A stretch of 64,000 nucleotides of DNA from an uncultured Acidobacteriota bacterium (GCA_963776315.1 CAVZMJ010000010.1:148896-212895), one strand, 5' to 3'. Shown: positions 1 through 9,478, numbered from the stretch's first letter. Notes: a model not told the origin generated them from the letters alone. Numbers and translations: made by a program.

Positions 1-1072
1 CGGTGCCGGTCGTGGCCGCGGCATTCGAAGCGAAGAGGTCGCTTTTGTCGGTGCGGTCGGAGCCGCGGTAGCTGAAATTCAGGAGCACCGAGCTCACCGG
101 CGTGATCGTGACCTTGCCGAAGCCCTCGTCTCGCGTCCGTTCGTACGGCGGCAGCTCACCGTACTTGTTGGCCCGGTTCTGCCGCGAGACCTCGGGACGG
201 TAGTACGACGCGTAGAAAAAGAGGCGGCTCGGCAGGACCGGGCCGCCGACGCTTGCGGTGAGCCAGTTGCGATCCTGCTCGTAGCGCGAGGCGCTGCCAT
301 TGTCGAGGTCTGCCGACATGGCGTCGTTCTGGAACTGGAAGCTGACCTCGCCCGAATACCGGTTGGTGCCGGACTTGCTGATCGTGTCGATCGAGAAGCC
401 GCCGGCGCGGTCGAAGTCGACCGCTCGTGCGCCGGCCTTGATCGTCGTGACCTGCGCGATGTCGTGAGACGAGGGTTCGGCCGACAGCGTGCCGAATAGC
501 GGCAGCGTCACGTTCACGCCGTCGAAGTTGTAGACGTTGTCCTGTCCGCTGCCGCCCGCGCTCGGACCTCGCACGGTGTCCTGCGAGTACTGCACCCCGG
601 GAATCAGCTTGAGGAGGTCGCGATACTCCTGCCCAACAGGCAGCGACATGATCTGCGCGTTCGACAATCCGCTCTTGATGGTCGCCGAATCCGTTTCGAT
701 GAGGCTCGCGGTCGCCGTAACCTCCACGCTCTCCGTCACGCCTTGAAGACCGAGAGTGGCATCGACGACCGTGTCCTGCGAGAGCTGAACTTCGGCCTGC
801 CGCGTGACATTCTGCATCCCCGAGAGGACGAAGGTCAGCGTATAGGCGCCCGGCGGCAGCGCCGGCAGGCGGTACTCGCCGTTGACGCCCGTCGTCGTGA
901 CGCGCGGCACCGGCAGCACGTTGGCGCGAGCCTCGACGGTCACACCCGGAAGCACGCCGCCACCAGAATCGACCACTTTTCCGCTGATGGCGCCGGTCTG
1001 CTGCGCGTATGCGGGAATTACGGGTATGACGAAGGCAAGAAGAAGCACCGTACGCAGGACACGTGAAAGCAT
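1..1072 (-). CDS. TonB-dependent receptor with carboxypeptidase-regulatory-like N-terminus (N-terminal part; gene runs off window start)
   Basis: Own minus-strand translation from ATG at 1072: MLSRVLRTVLLLAFVIPVIPAYAQQTGAISGKVVDSGGGVLPGVTVEARA... This is a signal peptide plus the typical CarboxypepD_reg motif, open to position 1. It is absent from the track because there is no stop in the window. Track ORF 156..1094 is an Arg-rich wrong frame. Confidence 0.85.
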   Translation of the reverse strand, partial: MLSRVLRTVLLLAFVIPVIPAYAQQTGAISGKVVDSGGGVLPGVTVEARANVLPVPRVTTTGVNGEYRLPALPPGAYTLTFVLSGMQNVTRQAEVQLSQDTVVDATLGLQGVTESVEVTATASLIETDSATIKSGLSNAQIMSLPVGQEYRDLLKLIPGVQYSQDTVRGPSAGGSGQDNVYNFDGVNVTLPLFGTLSAEPSSHDIAQVTTIKAGARAVDFDRAGGFSIDTISKSGTNRYSGEVSFQFQNDAMSADLDNGSASRYEQDRNWLTASVGGPVLPSRLFFYASYYRPEVSRQNRANKYGELPPYERTRDEGFGKVTITPVSSVLLNFSYRGSDRTDKSDLFASNAAATTGT

Positions 1073-1211
1073 GTTGGCCCCTCCCCGAGCTCAAGCAGCC
1101 CCAGAATTATATCGCTTGAGCCCGAAATGACGGCCATTCGTCACCCGCGGCGGCCAGGGGCCAGATCTCGATCTTCTGATCGCGTCAAGACGATCGAGAT
1201 CTAGCCCACTC

Positions 1212-1700
1212 CTAGTCGCGCGCGTGGAGCCTCTTGATGAGCTGCACCTGGCCCGCGTGATAGACGGCATGACATGTGATGCCGAGCACGAGCGCGAAGC
1301 GTTCAGCATCCGGGAGCCGGCTGCGAACGCGGCCGGCCTCGATATCGCCGACGAGCGTCGCGAGACGTTGCTGCTGAGCATCGACGACGGTGAGGACGTC
1401 CTTCCATGAGAGCGCATTCGCCCCGGACAGCGTGAACCAGTCTTCGCCGTCCAATACGAACGGCTCGGGCGTGGTGTCTGACAACCGGCCCCGGACCGCG
1501 TGCGCATAGTAGGCGTGGTGAATCGCGATCTCCGCGATGTTGTGCCGGCCGTCGGCCGGCCGCCAGGACGCGAGCTCTGGCGACACATCGGCGAGCGCCG
1601 CCTTCAGATTTGGTCCGTGCCAGGCCTCGGATCCATATCCTTCCTGCAGGACGCGACTATTGAGGGTGTCGGGAATTGCCGCCGTCGTGGTCGTGCTCAT
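1212..1700 (-). CDS. DinB family protein
   Basis: 162 aa ORF with a DinB_2-like four-helix pattern (WHGPNL..., IAIHHAYYAHAVR..., HAVYHAGQVQLIKRL). Confidence 0.8.
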   Translation of the reverse strand: MSTTTTAAIPDTLNSRVLQEGYGSEAWHGPNLKAALADVSPELASWRPADGRHNIAEIAIHHAYYAHAVRGRLSDTTPEPFVLDGEDWFTLSGANALSWKDVLTVVDAQQQRLATLVGDIEAGRVRSRLPDAERFALVLGITCHAVYHAGQVQLIKRLHARD

Positions 1701-1721
1701 CGTGACCTCCTTTGATGGAGG

Positions 1722-2570
1722 TCATCGTAGCGAGTACGACGCCAGCCGATCTTGGAAGATCTTGCGGTCGCCTTTCGCAGCGTTCCGGAAGCCCCGGGGC
1801 GAGACGCCGGCGGCGCGGTGGAACGTACGCACGAAGTTCGACAGGTCACCGAACCCGACGTCGAGGGCGATCTGGGTGACGGCGCGATCGTCGTCGGCCA
1901 GCAGGCGCGCGGCGTGACGCAGCCTCGAGCGGACCAGATACTGATGAGGCGTGACGCCGAGCACCTGCGAAAAGAGCCGCAGGAAATGGAACGGACTGAG
2001 TCCGGCTTCGCCGGCGGCATTATCGAGTGCGATTGGCTCGTGCGAATGCGCGTCTATCCACAGGGCCGTTTCGACCGCGCGCCGGCGGTCGCGTGCGGGC
2101 GGGTTCTCGGGCCGGTGCGTGCGTCCCGAGGCGGTGTCGACGAAGCGTCCGGCCAGCATCAGTCCGACTTCGTCGACGCCGATGGCGGTCCGACCCGAGG
2201 CCGCCGCCTGTGCCAGCTCGCCGAGCACCATCATGCTGGCGATGGGAGGCAGCGATCCTGTCTGCCATGCATCGCGTGGCCCGCCGATGGCGTCGACGAG
2301 CGCCGGGTCGAAGTAGAAGGACAAGCACTCGTCGCCGCCGGCGTGGTCGTGCGTGCACATGTACTCGTCGCCGGGATGGCCGACGAGAAACGACCCGGTC
2401 ACGAGCTCGTACGAGTGGCCGCGGAAGCGATAGCCGAAGCTGCCCTGCCGGACGTAGCTCACCGAAAACGCGTCGTGCCATTCGACGAACGGCTCGTCGC
2501 CTGGCCTGGCGTCGCAGCGGTAGTCGATCACCGAAACCGGTCCGCCGTCGAAGACAGTTGTAATTGCCAT
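1722..2570 (-). CDS. AraC family transcriptional regulator
   Basis: C-terminal AraC HTH ([35 protein letters not shown] ... [23 protein letters not shown]). The ATG at 2570 ([10 protein letters not shown]) is preferred over the TTG at 2612. Confidence 0.85.
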   Translation of the reverse strand: MAITTVFDGGPVSVIDYRCDARPGDEPFVEWHDAFSVSYVRQGSFGYRFRGHSYELVTGSFLVGHPGDEYMCTHDHAGGDECLSFYFDPALVDAIGGPRDAWQTGSLPPIASMMVLGELAQAAASGRTAIGVDEVGLMLAGRFVDTASGRTHRPENPPARDRRRAVETALWIDAHSHEPIALDNAAGEAGLSPFHFLRLFSQVLGVTPHQYLVRSRLRHAARLLADDDRAVTQIALDVGFGDLSNFVRTFHRAAGVSPRGFRNAAKGDRKIFQDRLASYSLR

Positions 2571-2789
2571 GCGAGCGCCCTGATCTCTAGCCACCGACCT
2601 TCCGCCGCTCAAGAGCTTCTCACCGCCGAGGTCGTAGAGGTCGCAGAGCCATCAAAATTGTTTCTGCGTGCTCGGCGCTCTCCGCGGTGAGAGGCTCTTG
2701 GCGGTACACGAACCAGTGCCCTGACGAGGACAGGCCACTACAACCTATCTGATAAACCAAGACCAGACTGAACGCGCCGACGGCTCTGG

Positions 2790-2868
2790 TTCACGATGAA
2801 CACGATGAGCCGATGAACACGATGGAAAACCTCCAGGGATCATCGTGAACATCGTGCTCATCGTGTTG
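2790..2868. repeat. Imperfect palindromic element with ACGATGA-type tandem arms
   Basis: Left arm aacacgatgagccgatgaacacgatg (2799-2824) is the near reverse complement of catcgtgaacatcgtgctcatcgtgtt (2839-2866), with a short loop between them. Confidence 0.6.
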
Positions 2869-2927
2869 TAGCGTGGTCTCGTGACAGCATTTGTGAGACA
2901 GCGTCTATTCTTAGTCTAGCCCCCAGT

Positions 2928-3911
2928 CTAGCGGGAAACCGCGATCCCAGCCTCAGCCATGTAGCGACGGACGATCTCGTCGAAGTCGGTGTCAGCCGGA
3001 AATCCAAGCGCCCGGGCCCGGGTCGCCGCGAGCTCGCCGGGCCACGTGGCGACCATCCGCTCGATGCGGGGATCGGGTTCGAACCGGACTCGCGCGGCGA
3101 CGTCCGCGCCGGCGACTCGCGCCAGCGACGCGACCATCTCGCCCACAGTGATGGACATGCCCGGGAGGCTCAACCAGCGGTTCGAGCCGAGCTTCGCGCC
3201 GTCGATGTCGTGAGCCATGATGAAGCACTCGACCACCGTACGTGGCGACAGCAGCCAGACGCGCGTCGACGCGCCCACGGGACAGACCGAGGTCTCGCCG
3301 TTGAGCGGCTCGCGGATGATGCCGCTCGCAAACGACGAGGCGGCCGCGTTCGGGCGGCCGTGCCGAACGCTGATCGTCGGAAGCCTCAACGACCGGCCGT
3401 CGACGAAGCCGCGCCGCGTGTAGTCGTTGATGAGGAGCTCGGCCATCGCCTTCTGCGTACCGTAGGAGGTCTGCGGCGTGACCGCGAGGTCGTCGGGCAC
3501 CGTCGCCGGCAGGTCGCCGCCGAAGACCGCCACCGAGCTCGTGAACACCACGCGCGGACGCTGTCCGTGATGGCGGCAGATCTCGAGGAGGTGCCGCGAG
3601 GCGTCCAGGTTGACGCGCATCCCGAGATCGAAATCCGCCTCCGCCTGGCCGCTCACGATCGCCGCCAGGTGAAAGACCGATGTCGTCTCGGCGTCGATCG
3701 CGCGCTCGAGGAACTGTCGATCGGCGACGTCGCCCGTGATCTGCCGAACGCGGCCGTCCGTCACGCCTGCCGCGGGCACCACATCGACCAGCGTGATCCT
3801 GTCGATGCGCGCGTCGCGGCCGTCGGCTCCGCCGAGCACGCCGCGCTCGAGCAGCGTCTCGGCCAGACGCCGTCCGAGGAAACCCGCGCCTCCGGTGATG
3901 ACAATGTTCAT
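2928..3911 (-). CDS. NAD-dependent epimerase/dehydratase family protein (D-erythronate dehydrogenase DenD-like)
   Basis: MNIVITGGAGFLGRRL Rossmann N-terminus. The start ATG at 3911 overlaps the stop of the upstream isomerase gene (ATGA). Confidence 0.8.
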   Translation of the reverse strand: MNIVITGGAGFLGRRLAETLLERGVLGGADGRDARIDRITLVDVVPAAGVTDGRVRQITGDVADRQFLERAIDAETTSVFHLAAIVSGQAEADFDLGMRVNLDASRHLLEICRHHGQRPRVVFTSSVAVFGGDLPATVPDDLAVTPQTSYGTQKAMAELLINDYTRRGFVDGRSLRLPTISVRHGRPNAAASSFASGIIREPLNGETSVCPVGASTRVWLLSPRTVVECFIMAHDIDGAKLGSNRWLSLPGMSITVGEMVASLARVAGADVAARVRFEPDPRIERMVATWPGELAATRARALGFPADTDFDEIVRRYMAEAGIAVSR

Positions 3912-4702
3912 GCGATGTGGCGTCCATGGCGCCAGGCGTTCAACCATCCCAGTCCGTCTTCGGTGCGGCCGCCGGGTCGATATTCGCAGCCGACCCATCC
4001 TGCGTATCCCAATTCGTCCATCAGACCGAAGAGATACTCGTAGTTGACCTCGCCGCGATCCGGCTCGCCTCGGGCGGGCACCCCGGCAATCTGCACGTGG
4101 CCGATACCCTCGAAGTATCTCCTGAAGGTCGTCTCCAGATCGCCCTCGACAATCTGTGCGTGGTAGAAGTCCATCTGCACTTTGAGGCCTGGCTCGGCTA
4201 TCTCTTCGCGGATCGCGTGCGCCTCGGCCTGCGTGTTGAGAAAGAAGCCGGGGATGTCGCGCGGGTTGATGGCCTCGATGAGCAGCATGCGACCCTCCTT
4301 CGCCACTCGCTGCGCCGCCGCTCTGATGTTGGCGACGTAGACCTCCCGGTGCCGTCGCCGATCGGCGCCGGAGGGGATGCGTCCCGCCAGGGCATGGAGC
4401 CTCGGCGTGCCCAGTACATCGGCATACTCGAGCGCGCGCTCGACACCCGCGAGGAACTCCGCTTCACGGCCGGGAATCGTCGCGCAGCCACGGTCTCCCG
4501 CGTCCCAGTCGCCGGCGGGCGTGTTGAACAGCACGTTCTCGAGCCTGTTGTCCGCCAGCCACCGCGCGATGTCCTGCGGCGGAAACTCGTACGGAAAGAG
4601 GAACTCGACCGCAGTGAAACCCACGCGGGCCGCGGCCTCGAACCGCTGGGGGAACGGCACCTCGGTGAACATCATGCTCAGGTTCGCGGCGAAGCGCGGC
4701 AT
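3908..4702 (-). CDS. Hydroxypyruvate isomerase family protein (Hyi/OtnI-like TIM-barrel)
   Basis: MPRFAANLSMMFTEVPFPQRFEAAARVGFTAVEFLFPYE... is a typical Hyi family N-terminus. It is translationally coupled to the epimerase gene. Confidence 0.85.
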   Translation of the reverse strand: MPRFAANLSMMFTEVPFPQRFEAAARVGFTAVEFLFPYEFPPQDIARWLADNRLENVLFNTPAGDWDAGDRGCATIPGREAEFLAGVERALEYADVLGTPRLHALAGRIPSGADRRRHREVYVANIRAAAQRVAKEGRMLLIEAINPRDIPGFFLNTQAEAHAIREEIAEPGLKVQMDFYHAQIVEGDLETTFRRYFEGIGHVQIAGVPARGEPDRGEVNYEYLFGLMDELGYAGWVGCEYRPGGRTEDGLGWLNAWRHGRHIA

Positions 4703-4774
4703 GTGAACTTGGAAGTATACCGGTCCGGCCAGTTGTCGCGAGGTTCCAGCATGGTTCGATCCGCGTTTGGTCCA

Positions 4775-4925
4775 CCAACCTCCGCTCACGCGAGCCTACG
4801 CCGAAGCGTGAGCTTCGGCTCGGCAAGCCACGCGAAAGGATGCCGCGCCGCAGCGGCGAAGCCGCGAAGGCGGGCCAGTCGCCTCTGAACGAGCTTCGGC
4901 TCGGCAAGCCGCGCAAAGGCGGGCG
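4775..4925. repeat. REP-like intergenic repeats
   Basis: Direct repeats gagcttcggctcggcaagccRcgcRaagg at 4810-4839 and 4891-4919. Hairpin gccgaagc/gcttcggc at about 4800-4819. Confidence 0.55.
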
Positions 4926-5036
4926 TGTGCTCTCTGCTCGAGAGTCACCCGCGCAAATTTTTAAGCCTTTCAGTCTGGCCGAGTTGCAGGAATTGCAATC
5001 CTGGCGGGGCTCCAGGCACACTGCGCGTGTTTTGAG

Positions 5037-5328
5037 GTGTCGGCTCTCGGCATCGACGTTGCGTCTCGCCAGGTATGGCGGAGGAAGCGATTCGTTTACG
5101 TCTTGAAGAGTCTCCATCCGACGCCACGCTTCTACATCGGCCTCACTTCCGACGTCAGTCCCCGCCTCGTTCACCACAACACCGGCCGTTGCCCTCACAC
5201 CGCGCGCTACCGACCCTGGCAGCTCCACGTCGTCATTGAGCTTCCCGACGAGCAACGGGCCATCGCGTTTGAGCGCTAACCTGAAATCAGGTTCTGGCCG
5301 CGCCTTCGCAAAGCGTCATTTCGAGTGA
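5037..5328 (+). pseudogene. GIY-YIG nuclease family protein, frameshifted
   Basis: KRFVYVLKS...FYIGLTSDVSPRLVHHNTG...RPWQL...AIAFER, then TAA at 5277-5279. The conserved tail LKSGSGRAFAKRHFE continues in the +1 frame to TGA at 5326-5328 (cgc-taa-c-ctg where tac-ctg is expected). Confidence 0.7.
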
Positions 5329-5582
5329 GAGGTTCCCCCTTCGACCAGCTGCCGGTTAGGCCCCGACCACCAGCCTCGCAACGTAACGAAGGCTCGGAGT
5401 GGAAAGTCCGGGTGCGCGCGCTGCTGCGGCGCCGTGCCTGCGACAGACTTGAAGCGCCGCGGATTGATCTGAACGAGGTCGATTTCGCGAATGAACGCTT
5501 GACCTTTGCTTGTTAACCCATCTATAAAGTCACTTTTCAAGTCAGTCACATCGGCCTCGGGCCGAAGAACAGGAAAACGCCA

Positions 5583-5810
5583 ATGAAGACACGCCTTCAC
5601 GCGGTCGCCTTCGTCGTCCTCCTCGGCGTCAGCCTCGTCGCTGCGGACCCGTCCTACGTCGGTAAGTGGAAGTTGAACACCGCTAAGAGCCAGCTCACTG
5701 GCGACACGGTTACCATCTCCAAAGTCGCGGACGGAACGATGACGTTCGACGGACAGGGGTTCAAGTATTCATTCAAGACCGACGGCAAGGAGTATCCGAC
5801 CCCGGACGCG
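5583..5810 (+). pseudogene. Secreted lipocalin-like small protein, 3'-truncated
   Basis: A signal peptide plus GKWKLNTAKSQLTGDTVTISKVADGTMTFDGQGFKYSFKTDGKEYPTPD reads as genuine coding. After about 5810 the frame turns into Arg/Ala-rich read-through overlapping the HipA-like frame. Confidence 0.5.
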
Positions 5811-5835
5811 GCTGGGCATTTCGCCCGCGACGCTC

Positions 5836-7026
5836 ATGCGCATGGTGCGGGACGCTGGACGGGATGTCGTCCGGATCGGTCGCGGTCGGGCCACGCAGTA
5901 TGCGTTGCGTCAACAGTGGCCCAATCTCGACAGTTCGCGCTTTCCGTTGTTTCGAATCACTGACACCGGCGCGGCAGTATCGGCAGGCGAACTCACTACG
6001 CTTGCGACGCGCCAGTCCGTTTGGATGCCCGCCGGCAGAGTCTCAAACGGCCTTCCGATTGAGCTTGTCGACGCTCGACCTTCGGGATTCTTGGGGCGAC
6101 ACTTCGCCGCCACTCATGCCGATCTTCGGCTACCGCCGCGACTGACCGATTGGTCTGATCATCACATCCTGATCGCCATGTCTCGTCGAGGCGAGGACTT
6201 TCCAGGGAACCTCATTGTCGGCGAGGAATCCTTTGCTCGATGGCAAGCGATGGAAGGTGTCGCTGCCACCCACAATGAATACCCAACGCTGGCGAACGCC
6301 ACAATCGCTGGACACCCTCCTGGTTCATCAGCGGGAGGCGAGCGGCCAAAGTTTGGAGTGCTCGTTGACGGACGGCACATGCTCGTTAAGTTTGCTGCGC
6401 GCGGAGGTGCGACCGACGTCGTTGCGCGGCGTTGGTGTGATCTGCTCATCCTGGAGGGAATGGCGCTAGACGTTGTTGGTGCGAGAGGGATTTCGGCCGC
6501 ACGCACCAACATTATCGAAACGCCTTCTCATTGGTTTCTCGAGAGCGAGCGTTTTGATCGTGTGGGAGCACGAGGAAGGCGTGCCGTTTTGAGTCTTGCG
6601 GCGATTCACGACGACCCAGCAGACGCTTGGGCCCGTGCCGCGACGTCGCTCAGAGAGGCGGGCCGTGTGACCGATGCAGATGCGCGACGGCTTCGCTGGC
6701 TTGATGCGTTTGGCGCACTCATCGGAAACACCGATCGGCATCAATACAACATCCTCTTCTTCACCGAAGAGGGCATCCCGCGACTTGCGCCGGCCTTCGA
6801 CCAAGTCTCCATGCTGTATGCGCCAACAGCAGATGGCCAAGTGCCGCCGCGTGTGTTTGCGATACCGAACGTCACATCAGACACTCTCGACGTCTGGGAT
6901 GACGCGCGGGAGGCCGCGCGTCGGTTCTGGGCGCGGGGAAGCGAGGACGCACGTTTGTCAGACGACGTTCGGGCCATTTGTGGAATCAACGCCCGGTTGC
7001 TCGCGGGGAACGGGCACGCCGGCTGA
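5836..7026 (+). CDS. HipA-family kinase toxin, YjjJ-like (HTH-fused type, N-terminus apparently truncated)
   Basis: GNTDRHQYN catalytic loop and SSAGGERPKF. The in-frame upstream codons (open from 5743) read ...TRLGISPATLMRMVRDAG..VVRIGRGRATQYALR, which is the distal part of the fused HTH, but there is no ATG before 5836. Confidence 0.8.
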   Translation: MRMVRDAGRDVVRIGRGRATQYALRQQWPNLDSSRFPLFRITDTGAAVSAGELTTLATRQSVWMPAGRVSNGLPIELVDARPSGFLGRHFAATHADLRLPPRLTDWSDHHILIAMSRRGEDFPGNLIVGEESFARWQAMEGVAATHNEYPTLANATIAGHPPGSSAGGERPKFGVLVDGRHMLVKFAARGGATDVVARRWCDLLILEGMALDVVGARGISAARTNIIETPSHWFLESERFDRVGARGRRAVLSLAAIHDDPADAWARAATSLREAGRVTDADARRLRWLDAFGALIGNTDRHQYNILFFTEEGIPRLAPAFDQVSMLYAPTADGQVPPRVFAIPNVTSDTLDVWDDAREAARRFWARGSEDARLSDDVRAICGINARLLAGNGHAG

Positions 7027-7066
7027 ATGAGTCCTGACGACGGGCCGACTTCCGCAACGGATTATG

Positions 7067-7095
7067 TTGCGCAACAAAAAGTGTTGCGCTACTAT
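7067..7095 (+). promoter_or_regulatory. Candidate sigma70-like promoter and operator of the Xre-RES operon
   Basis: TTGCGC (7067-7072), 17 nt spacer, TACTAT (7090-7095), with the ATG at 7101. Palindrome gttgcgcaac plus a second gttgcgc copy. Confidence 0.3.
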
Positions 7096-7100
7096 GGAGC

Positions 7101-7433
7101 ATGCCGATTGCCCTCAGTCAGAAAGTCGAAGCCCTGCGGGTGGATTTCCGTTCGGCGGCGCAGCTCGCGGATCTCCTGGGCGTCAGCCGCTCGCAGGTGA
7201 CGCGCTGGCTGCGAGGCGCGGGCATCGACCCTCTGAACGCAGAAAAAGTCGACCTCCTCGAGCTCGTGTGGTCGAATGTGCTCCGGCTGTACGAGCGCGA
7301 CGCGGCGCTCGAGTGGCTCTTCGGCGTGAACCCGCTCCTCGGCGACCGCCGTCCCATCGATTTGATTCGGCTGGGCCGTGCGGAAGAACTGATGCGTGCC
7401 ATCCGGGCGGAGCGCTCGGACACTTTCGCGTGA
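7101..7433 (+). CDS. Xre/MbcA/ParS-like antitoxin (HTH plus DUF2384-like toxin-binding domain)
   Basis: AAQLADLLGVSRSQVTRWLRG HTH and a C-terminal WLFGVNPLLGDRRPIDLIRLGRAEELMRAI motif. The stop overlaps the start of the RES gene. Confidence 0.8.
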   Translation: MPIALSQKVEALRVDFRSAAQLADLLGVSRSQVTRWLRGAGIDPLNAEKVDLLELVWSNVLRLYERDAALEWLFGVNPLLGDRRPIDLIRLGRAEELMRAIRAERSDTFA

Positions 7434-7984
7434 TGCTCTATCGCTGTTTTGCGTGGGACGAGCGCGCACGGCCGCGAGAGACGGACGGGCCGCTCTGGTT
7501 TCCCCGGGTGTTCCAGGGCGATGGCCGCCATGACAATCCTGAGCTCTACGGCTGTGTGTACCTCTCGGCTCACCCCCTATCGTCGGTCGCCGAACAGCTC
7601 GCACGTTTCCGTGGGCAGCGGCTCGTGCCCTCGCTGCTGCGCCGACGCGGGCTGCCGCTGGCCCTGGCCGAGCTCGAGCTCGCCGACGCTGCCGAGCTCA
7701 TCGATCTCGACGACCCGGTCGTGCTTCGGCGAGAGCGTCTCAAGCCGTCGGTCGTGGCCACGCGCCAGCGAGCCACGACCCAGCCGCAGGCACGGGCCTT
7801 GTACGAGCGTCACGCGAGTGCGGCCGGGTTGCGGTGGTGGTCGACCTTTGAGTCACTCTGGGCGAATGTGACGGTCTTCGACCGCGCAGCGACCATGCTG
7901 CGCGTGCAGTCCGTGCGCGTCCTCGGCGTGGATGATCCCGCAGTGGTACAGGCGGCCGACTTTTTCGGCCTCCGGATTCTATGA
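7433..7984 (+). CDS. RES domain toxin (NAD+-degrading RES family)
   Basis: ATG at 7433 overlaps the antitoxin TGA (gTGATG). Sequence MLYRCFAW...GDGRHDNPELYGCVYLSAHPLSSVAE...WWSTFES... fits the Arg/Glu/Ser RES layout. Confidence 0.75.
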   Translation: MLYRCFAWDERARPRETDGPLWFPRVFQGDGRHDNPELYGCVYLSAHPLSSVAEQLARFRGQRLVPSLLRRRGLPLALAELELADAAELIDLDDPVVLRRERLKPSVVATRQRATTQPQARALYERHASAAGLRWWSTFESLWANVTVFDRAATMLRVQSVRVLGVDDPAVVQAADFFGLRIL

Positions 7985-8090
7985 CGGACGCGGCGCGAAG
8001 CCGCGCGTTGCGTCACTGGCGCTCAGGCCGGCGCAGGAGTAGCCTTGAGCCCACTCGGTATCTCCTTCGGCAATCGGAAGAGAGGCGTGA

Positions 8091-9425
8091 ATGCGCAAGA
8101 CGTGGTGCATGGTGGCAGCGGTGCTGATCGGTTCGGGGCTTTCCATCGCCGGTCAGCAGGCTCCTCCGCAGGGATCGTCTGCGCCGCCCGGTCAGGCTGC
8201 TGCACCACCGGCTTCAGCAACCAACCTCGGCGCTGACGCAAACGGCAACCCGTTGCGTCGCGCGCTGAAGACCGGTCACGTCTCGAACTATGACGAGGCC
8301 AAGGTGGCGCCGTTCGCGCTGCCCGATCCCCTCGTCCTGGCCAACGGTAAACCGGTCCGCGATCGTCAGACCTGGATCAAGCAGCGCCGGCCCGAGATCG
8401 TGCAGATGTACGAGACCGAGATCTACGGCCGGTTGCCAGCGAAGACGCCTGCGGTGAAGTGGGAGGTTACGGAGACCGACGCCAACGCGCGCGACGGCAC
8501 GGCGGTCATGAAGAAGATCACCGGAACGATCGGCAGCGGGCCGGATGCTCCGCAGATCAAACTGACGCTCTACACGCCGGTGGCGGCGAAGAAGCCGGTG
8601 CCGGTGATCTTGCTGGTCAACTTCGGCGGCGGACCGCCGCCTCCCCCGACGGCACAGGGCAGGGGCGGCGCCGGCTTTCCGTCTGATCCCCCCGTCGCCG
8701 CGGAGATCATCAGCCGGGGCTGGGGCTACGCGACCGTCGGGTATGCGGATATCCAGCCGGATCGACTCAATACGTTCACGCAGGGAGTCATCGGCCGCAC
8801 GCTCGCGCCCGGGCAGGAGCAGCCCTTGCTCGACGAGTGGGGGACGATTAGCGCCTGGTCGTGGGGTGTCAGCCGGATGATCGACTACTTCGAGACCGAC
8901 AGTTCGGTGAACGCCAAGCAGGTCGCCCTCTTTGGCCACTCGCGGCTGGGGAAGACGGCGCTGTGGGCCACGGCCAAGGACGAGCGGATTGCCGCGGCGT
9001 TCTCGAGTTGTTCGGGTGAGATGGGCGCTGCGCTGGCACGGCGTGACTGGGGTGAGACCGTCGACGACATGGCGCAGAACTTTCCCTGGCAGTTCGCCGG
9101 CAACTTCCAGAAGTGGTCCGGCCGCTGGAACGAGATGCCAGTCGATGCTCACATGCTAATCGCCCTGAGTGCGCCGCGTCCCGTGTTCATCAGCGGCGGC
9201 ACGACCGATCAGTGGGCCGACCCCGTAGGGATGTTCAAGGCCGCCGTCGCCGCTGGGCCGGTCTACCGTCTGCTCGGCAGGAAGGATCTGGGTGTAACGG
9301 AGCTGCCCCCGCTCGATACACCAGCGATCACCGGCGACATCGGGTGGAATTACCACACCGGTGGTCACACCGCCACGCCAGCCGACTGGAAAGCGTTCCT
9401 CGACTTCCTGGGGAAGTATTTCTAG
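8091..9425 (+). CDS. Glucuronoyl esterase-like (CE15) secreted hydrolase
   Basis: Signal peptide plus FGHSRLGKTALWA serine motif and overall CE15-like layout. Confidence 0.7.
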   Translation: MRKTWCMVAAVLIGSGLSIAGQQAPPQGSSAPPGQAAAPPASATNLGADANGNPLRRALKTGHVSNYDEAKVAPFALPDPLVLANGKPVRDRQTWIKQRRPEIVQMYETEIYGRLPAKTPAVKWEVTETDANARDGTAVMKKITGTIGSGPDAPQIKLTLYTPVAAKKPVPVILLVNFGGGPPPPPTAQGRGGAGFPSDPPVAAEIISRGWGYATVGYADIQPDRLNTFTQGVIGRTLAPGQEQPLLDEWGTISAWSWGVSRMIDYFETDSSVNAKQVALFGHSRLGKTALWATAKDERIAAAFSSCSGEMGAALARRDWGETVDDMAQNFPWQFAGNFQKWSGRWNEMPVDAHMLIALSAPRPVFISGGTTDQWADPVGMFKAAVAAGPVYRLLGRKDLGVTELPPLDTPAITGDIGWNYHTGGHTATPADWKAFLDFLGKYF

Positions 9426-9441
9426 GCGGGGACACTCAATC

Positions 9442-9478
9442 GGGACACTCAACCGTGACAGTCACGGTTGAGTGTCCC
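9442..9478. terminator. Perfect 18 bp hairpin between convergent genes (GGGACACTCAA family)
   Basis: gggacactcaaccgtgac / gtcacggttgagtgtccc, with an extra direct copy ggggacactcaa at 9428-9439. There is no T-tract, so it could be a bidirectional terminator or a repeat element. Confidence 0.5.

Noticed and set aside
156-1094. 312 aa ORF on the minus strand
   Set aside because: Extremely Arg/Gly/Ala-rich and in the wrong frame of the TonB-dependent receptor gene, whose genuine frame starts at 1072.
5316-5600. 94 aa minus-strand ORF between the GIY-YIG pseudogene and the secreted-protein gene
   Set aside because: No start context or recognisable family. It overlaps the start of the plus-strand signal-peptide ORF. 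It may be a remnant, but this cannot be supported.
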